DNA from: Planctomycetota bacterium
GTDB taxonomy: Bacteria; Planctomycetota; UBA8742; SKZP01
NCBI GenBank assembly: GCA_050249295.1
Contig: JBFWQT010000002.1
Span: 1 to 59,998 of the forward strand
Direction of reading: 5' to 3'
Length of the DNA: 59,998 nucleotides
Part shown: one piece after another, positions 58,301 through 59,998 of the stretch
How positions within the stretch are numbered: the stretch's first letter is position 1
Layout of the letters: every line of letters begins with the position of its first letter
Translations under genes and position numbers: made by a program
Notes under the pieces: model-generated
The model's database searches: none
What the model was told of the DNA's origin: nothing
The model's input: the letters and a program-made list of their open reading frames with translations, nothing else

Positions 58301-59426
58301 CGGAGGACGGGCGGGCGACCGGGGCAGGCGGAATCACGCCGGCGCCTCCACCGTGGCCCGAGCCGGAACCGACCATCGGCGACGAGCCGGGCACGCGACT
58401 GCCGGTGCCCGCCGACTGTCGCCCGATCGTGCCGCGGCCGCGACGCGGGAGCGTCTGCACGCCGGGCTCCTCTTCAACTGCGTTGGACACCGCGGCCGGC
58501 ACGGCCACTGGCATCGGCGGCGGCGGAACCACCACGTTGGCGTTGGCGGCGGCCGGCGCCACGGGCGCGCTCTGGCGCTTCTTCAGCCAGTCGCGCAGCC
58601 GGTCGGCAAACTCCTGCGCCGTGGCCATGCGATGGTTGCGCTGCGGCGCGATCGACTTCTGGATGATCGCCCACAGTGCGTCGTCGGCGTCGGGGCAGAC
58701 CTTGGTCAGCGGCGTCTGCGAGCCCGTCAGCAGGCGCGACACGATTGCCGAGATGCCTTCTTCGTCGATCGGTAACCGGCCGCTGACACAATAGTAGAAG
58801 GTGACACCGAGCGCGTAGAGGTCGGCGCGGCGGTCGATCTCCATGCCGTCCCACTGCTCGAGCGGCATGAACGCAGGCGTACCGATGGCCTCGCCTGTGC
58901 GGGTGATGTTCTGCTGGCCATCGCCGCCCATCAGGTTGCGGACCAGGCCGAAGTCAGCGATCTTCGCGACCGGCGGGTCGGCGGCGGTGAGCAGCAGGTT
59001 GTCGGGCTTGATGTCGCGATGCACCAGGCCGCGCTCGTGGGCGTAGTGCAGGCCCTCGGCGACCGGCACGAGCAGGCGGATCGCTTCCTCGACCGGGATA
59101 CGGCCGTCGCGCTCGACGATGTCGCCGATGTTGCCGCCGCCCATGTACTCCATGGAAAGGAAGAGCAGGCCGTCGCTCTCGCCCATCCACGACACCTTGA
59201 CGATGTTCGGGTGGTCCATGCGCGAGACCTCGCGGGCCTCGCGGAAGAACCGCTCCTTGTACATGTCGTCTACCGCCAGGTGCGGCGGCAGGATCTTCAC
59301 CGCCACCTGGGTGTCCATGATCTGGTGCCGCGCCAGGAACACGGCCCCGCTGCCGCCGACTCCAAGCACCCGTTCCAGCTTGAGCTGGTCGAGGACCTTG
59401 CCTACGTAATGGCGATAGTCGTGCAT
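55335..59426 (-). CDS. Membrane Ser/Thr protein kinase (1363 aa) with an extracytoplasmic region of two beta-sandwich-like domains and a parallel beta-helix
   Basis: ATG 59426 (MHDYRHYVGKVL). Kinase motifs: GVGGSGAVF, VAVKIL, HRDIKPDNLLL, DFGLVRN, GTPAFMPLEQ. TM: VPLIIGGIIVVGLIAVVALVMGA. N/T/S-rich linker. Beta-helix repeats with GG(A/G)(I/L/V) motifs (GGVGGAILAID, GDGGGVYTEG, SSGAIALSNN, RGGGIYLASG, LGGGVIVSQG). The track's 116 extra N-terminal codons are unsupported. Confidence 0.85.
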   Translation of the reverse strand: MHDYRHYVGKVLDQLKLERVLGVGGSGAVFLARHQIMDTQVAVKILPPHLAVDDMYKERFFREAREVSRMDHPNIVKVSWMGESDGLLFLSMEYMGGGNIGDIVERDGRIPVEEAIRLLVPVAEGLHYAHERGLVHRDIKPDNLLLTAADPPVAKIADFGLVRNLMGGDGQQNITRTGEAIGTPAFMPLEQWDGMEIDRRADLYALGVTFYYCVSGRLPIDEEGISAIVSRLLTGSQTPLTKVCPDADDALWAIIQKSIAPQRNHRMATAQEFADRLRDWLKKRQSAPVAPAAANANVVVPPPPMPVAVPAAVSNAVEEEPGVQTLPRRGRGTIGRQSAGTGSRVPGSSPMVGSGSGHGGGAGVIPPAPVARPSSDARGGGQARTRRAAGTASQSPDDWHDSNNAANAANSGGQRRSPQARSVGTSSQAPDDWNDSGSVPGGMNRHTLEQQKQAAIAASVPGAGAARTREIAKPGARDRGTERPTRGAMAGAGTRRATAPARGSRAARRPSDAGGQATSKVPLIIGGIIVVGLIAVVALVMGASGSPQSSTNTNTDGTNTPGNQTPGNTNATASNGNVPGNTTSNASNGTNSSNASNGNSAVSDVQKLIDRASRVNNPRTAKEMLRDIDDAIAKNPSWKTQLAATRLNLRRMELLPDVNDLRASIGIVGDDPRKASNVLRQLDDFLAANPDVPDLADMFTADRKHLQELAATAETPPDPGPGPGPSGDALPAPDPALKGPHADAVRIEVGKAITFGFKPMQEYWFGFEVTEARMVRITATFDGTTEVRRMGRASFHNADQAPVPSVSAVNPTSRYLQVDAHVGPGRHYMRLFLVAAAGTGKCTVEMTQDAPASAHLGPADAVDIKAGGPEVGVASGAMLCARTRITTGGWYSVDMRLDNVSAAGLVLDAWRVNTTTTGGPDWYTHLIRRGITAAQTRQLLALIPGDYLLFAYPQEIGRPVGIGMKLAAEDLAPRAPTGVAALPAGFSGGPLTTSSRLVAGEYTITRLIEVGGGAVLQIEPGTTLKFAAGTGIACNGELWAEGTAAKPIILKRAAADVAWENLAIANPGSRCILRYVTIQGAGGYGYRVDNGGLVLDRNATVRCGGALLLSSVSGPAILDHCTIEDCSVAGAQVGNQPGGVGGAILAIDCAAELSSTVIRRCKSEGDGGGVYTEGFAVVRMSECELSANEAVGSSGAIALSNNGMAVLTKTRVVDNKAAVRGGGIYLASGDSIVLENCTLSGNESAVGAGMLTASGPCVVVDCTFERNRSSNQAGGLFAASSGSSVVLRTRFTNNEATSLGGGVIVSQGHVTFEGCVFSDNRAPRGSGLYAESDPQSVWFRLPNEDSMRRGTGLNPPDIQVSIR

Positions 59427-59890
59427 ATGTGGGGTCGGGCGGTGAGCCGCCGACTCGGATGTTGTCACCGAGTTCGGTGCCCTGCCAACTCGAGCGGGCG
59501 TGATCGGCTGGCGGTCACGTAGCCCGATAGTAGCTTGGATTGTCGGGCGCGTGCAACGCACCCGTGGCCAGAATAACGGATTACCCGGCCGTAGAGGTAC
59601 GCGGTGAAGCTTCGTGGTGTGAGCCGCCAGTGGTTGAGCGTCGCAACGGCTGGCAGGTTCGGATCGGGCGCATTTCCAACGGCAGCGTGCCGCAACCGTT
59701 ACCCCGATTCCGCCCACCGACACCCACGGGTAACGCCCGTCATTCATACCGATAACATTGCCACCTGCATTCATCGGGCTCCGACGCGATCAGGACGAAA
59801 ACCGGCGAGTGGCACACCGATTGCGATGCTCATTGGCACGTGGCCAACGCCACACCGCTTTCTTCCGCAGACTGCTCACTGGAGACAACC

Positions 59891-59998
59891 ATGAAGAAGT
59901 TCATCGCGATCATGATGGTGCTGGGCCTCGTCGGCTTCGCCGTCGCTCAGGACCTGGACACCGCTCAGGGCGACATCTCGACCGAGTCGAACGCCGGT
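59891..59998 (+). CDS. Secreted hypothetical protein, 5' fragment (runs off the right edge)
   Basis: ATG 59891, 6 nt after GGAG (59881-59884). MKKFIAIMMVLGLVGFAVAQDLDTAQ is a classic signal peptide. Not in the ORF track because it has no stop in the window. Confidence 0.5.
   Translation, partial: MKKFIAIMMVLGLVGFAVAQDLDTAQGDISTESNAG

Noticed and set aside
928-58775. Other very long alternative ORFs: 928..2475(+), 4733..8290(+), 8660..10678(-), 10790..12202(-), 12211..15693(-), 16786..18807(-), 18250..20922(+), 32825..35116(-), 38490..42530(-), 50030..53113(-), 54930..58775(+)
   Set aside because: Each overlaps a gene with clear family motifs on the other strand or frame. All have the Arg/Ala/Gly/Pro/His-rich composition expected from stop-codon depletion in GC-rich DNA. 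None shows a motif I recognise.

Overview
GC-rich bacterial chromosomal DNA. Third codon positions are almost all G/C, so nearly every real gene carries long antisense or out-of-frame shadow ORFs in the supplied track. My strand and start calls rest on recognisable protein motifs, SD sites, start/stop overlaps and amino-acid composition. The gene content (giant secreted multidomain proteins, Hanks-type kinases, DUF1800, Pmp-type beta-helix repeats, pseudopilin-like proteins) fits a Planctomycetota/PVC-type genome, but that is inference only. I support 28 CDS and found no rRNA, tRNA or CRISPR array. Layout: (1) 1-8404, minus-strand unit: giant VIT-vWA-...-DUF2135 protein, then a Ser/Thr kinase, then a TPR protein, with an ambiguous kinase/TPR junction. 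(2) 8621-15687: two secreted proteases (papain-like C1 + Pmp beta-helix; metzincin + two discoidin-like domains) that share an uncharacterised module present in three copies. (3) 15719-25126: a CheY-less chemosensory operon cheW-cheR(TPR)-cheW-mcp-mcp-cheA(REC)-cheB, where CheB has a degenerate receiver. It is divergent from a REC-PAS-PAS-HK-REC hybrid kinase (25214-27664). (4) A predicted pseudokinase, a HEAT-repeat protein and a 62-aa ORF. (5) nusA with a promoter/terminator leader and a roughly 350-aa C-terminal extension, then DUF2188 and a tandem nucleotidyltransferase fusion. (6) A 916-bp AT-richer divergent intergenic region with a 104-bp near-perfect palindrome, a near-consensus sigma70 promoter and helically phased TTCAC repeats, upstream of a 1434-aa GspK-like protein. 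(7) A YfcH-type epimerase, a GspG-like protein without a prepilin leader, a 1636-aa M14+M6+esterase fusion, a DUF1800 protein and a GT4 glycosyltransferase. (8) Six tandem 33-nt hairpin repeats filling an intergenic gap, a lipoprotein, and a kinase-TM-beta-helix protein. The best candidates for something undescribed are the three-copy module shared by the adjacent proteases, the structured 37.6-38.5 kb regulatory region plus the giant GspK-like gene, the 33-nt hairpin array, and the Che pathway with a non-phosphorylatable CheB and a hybrid-kinase output. All functional statements are motif-level reading without database searches.
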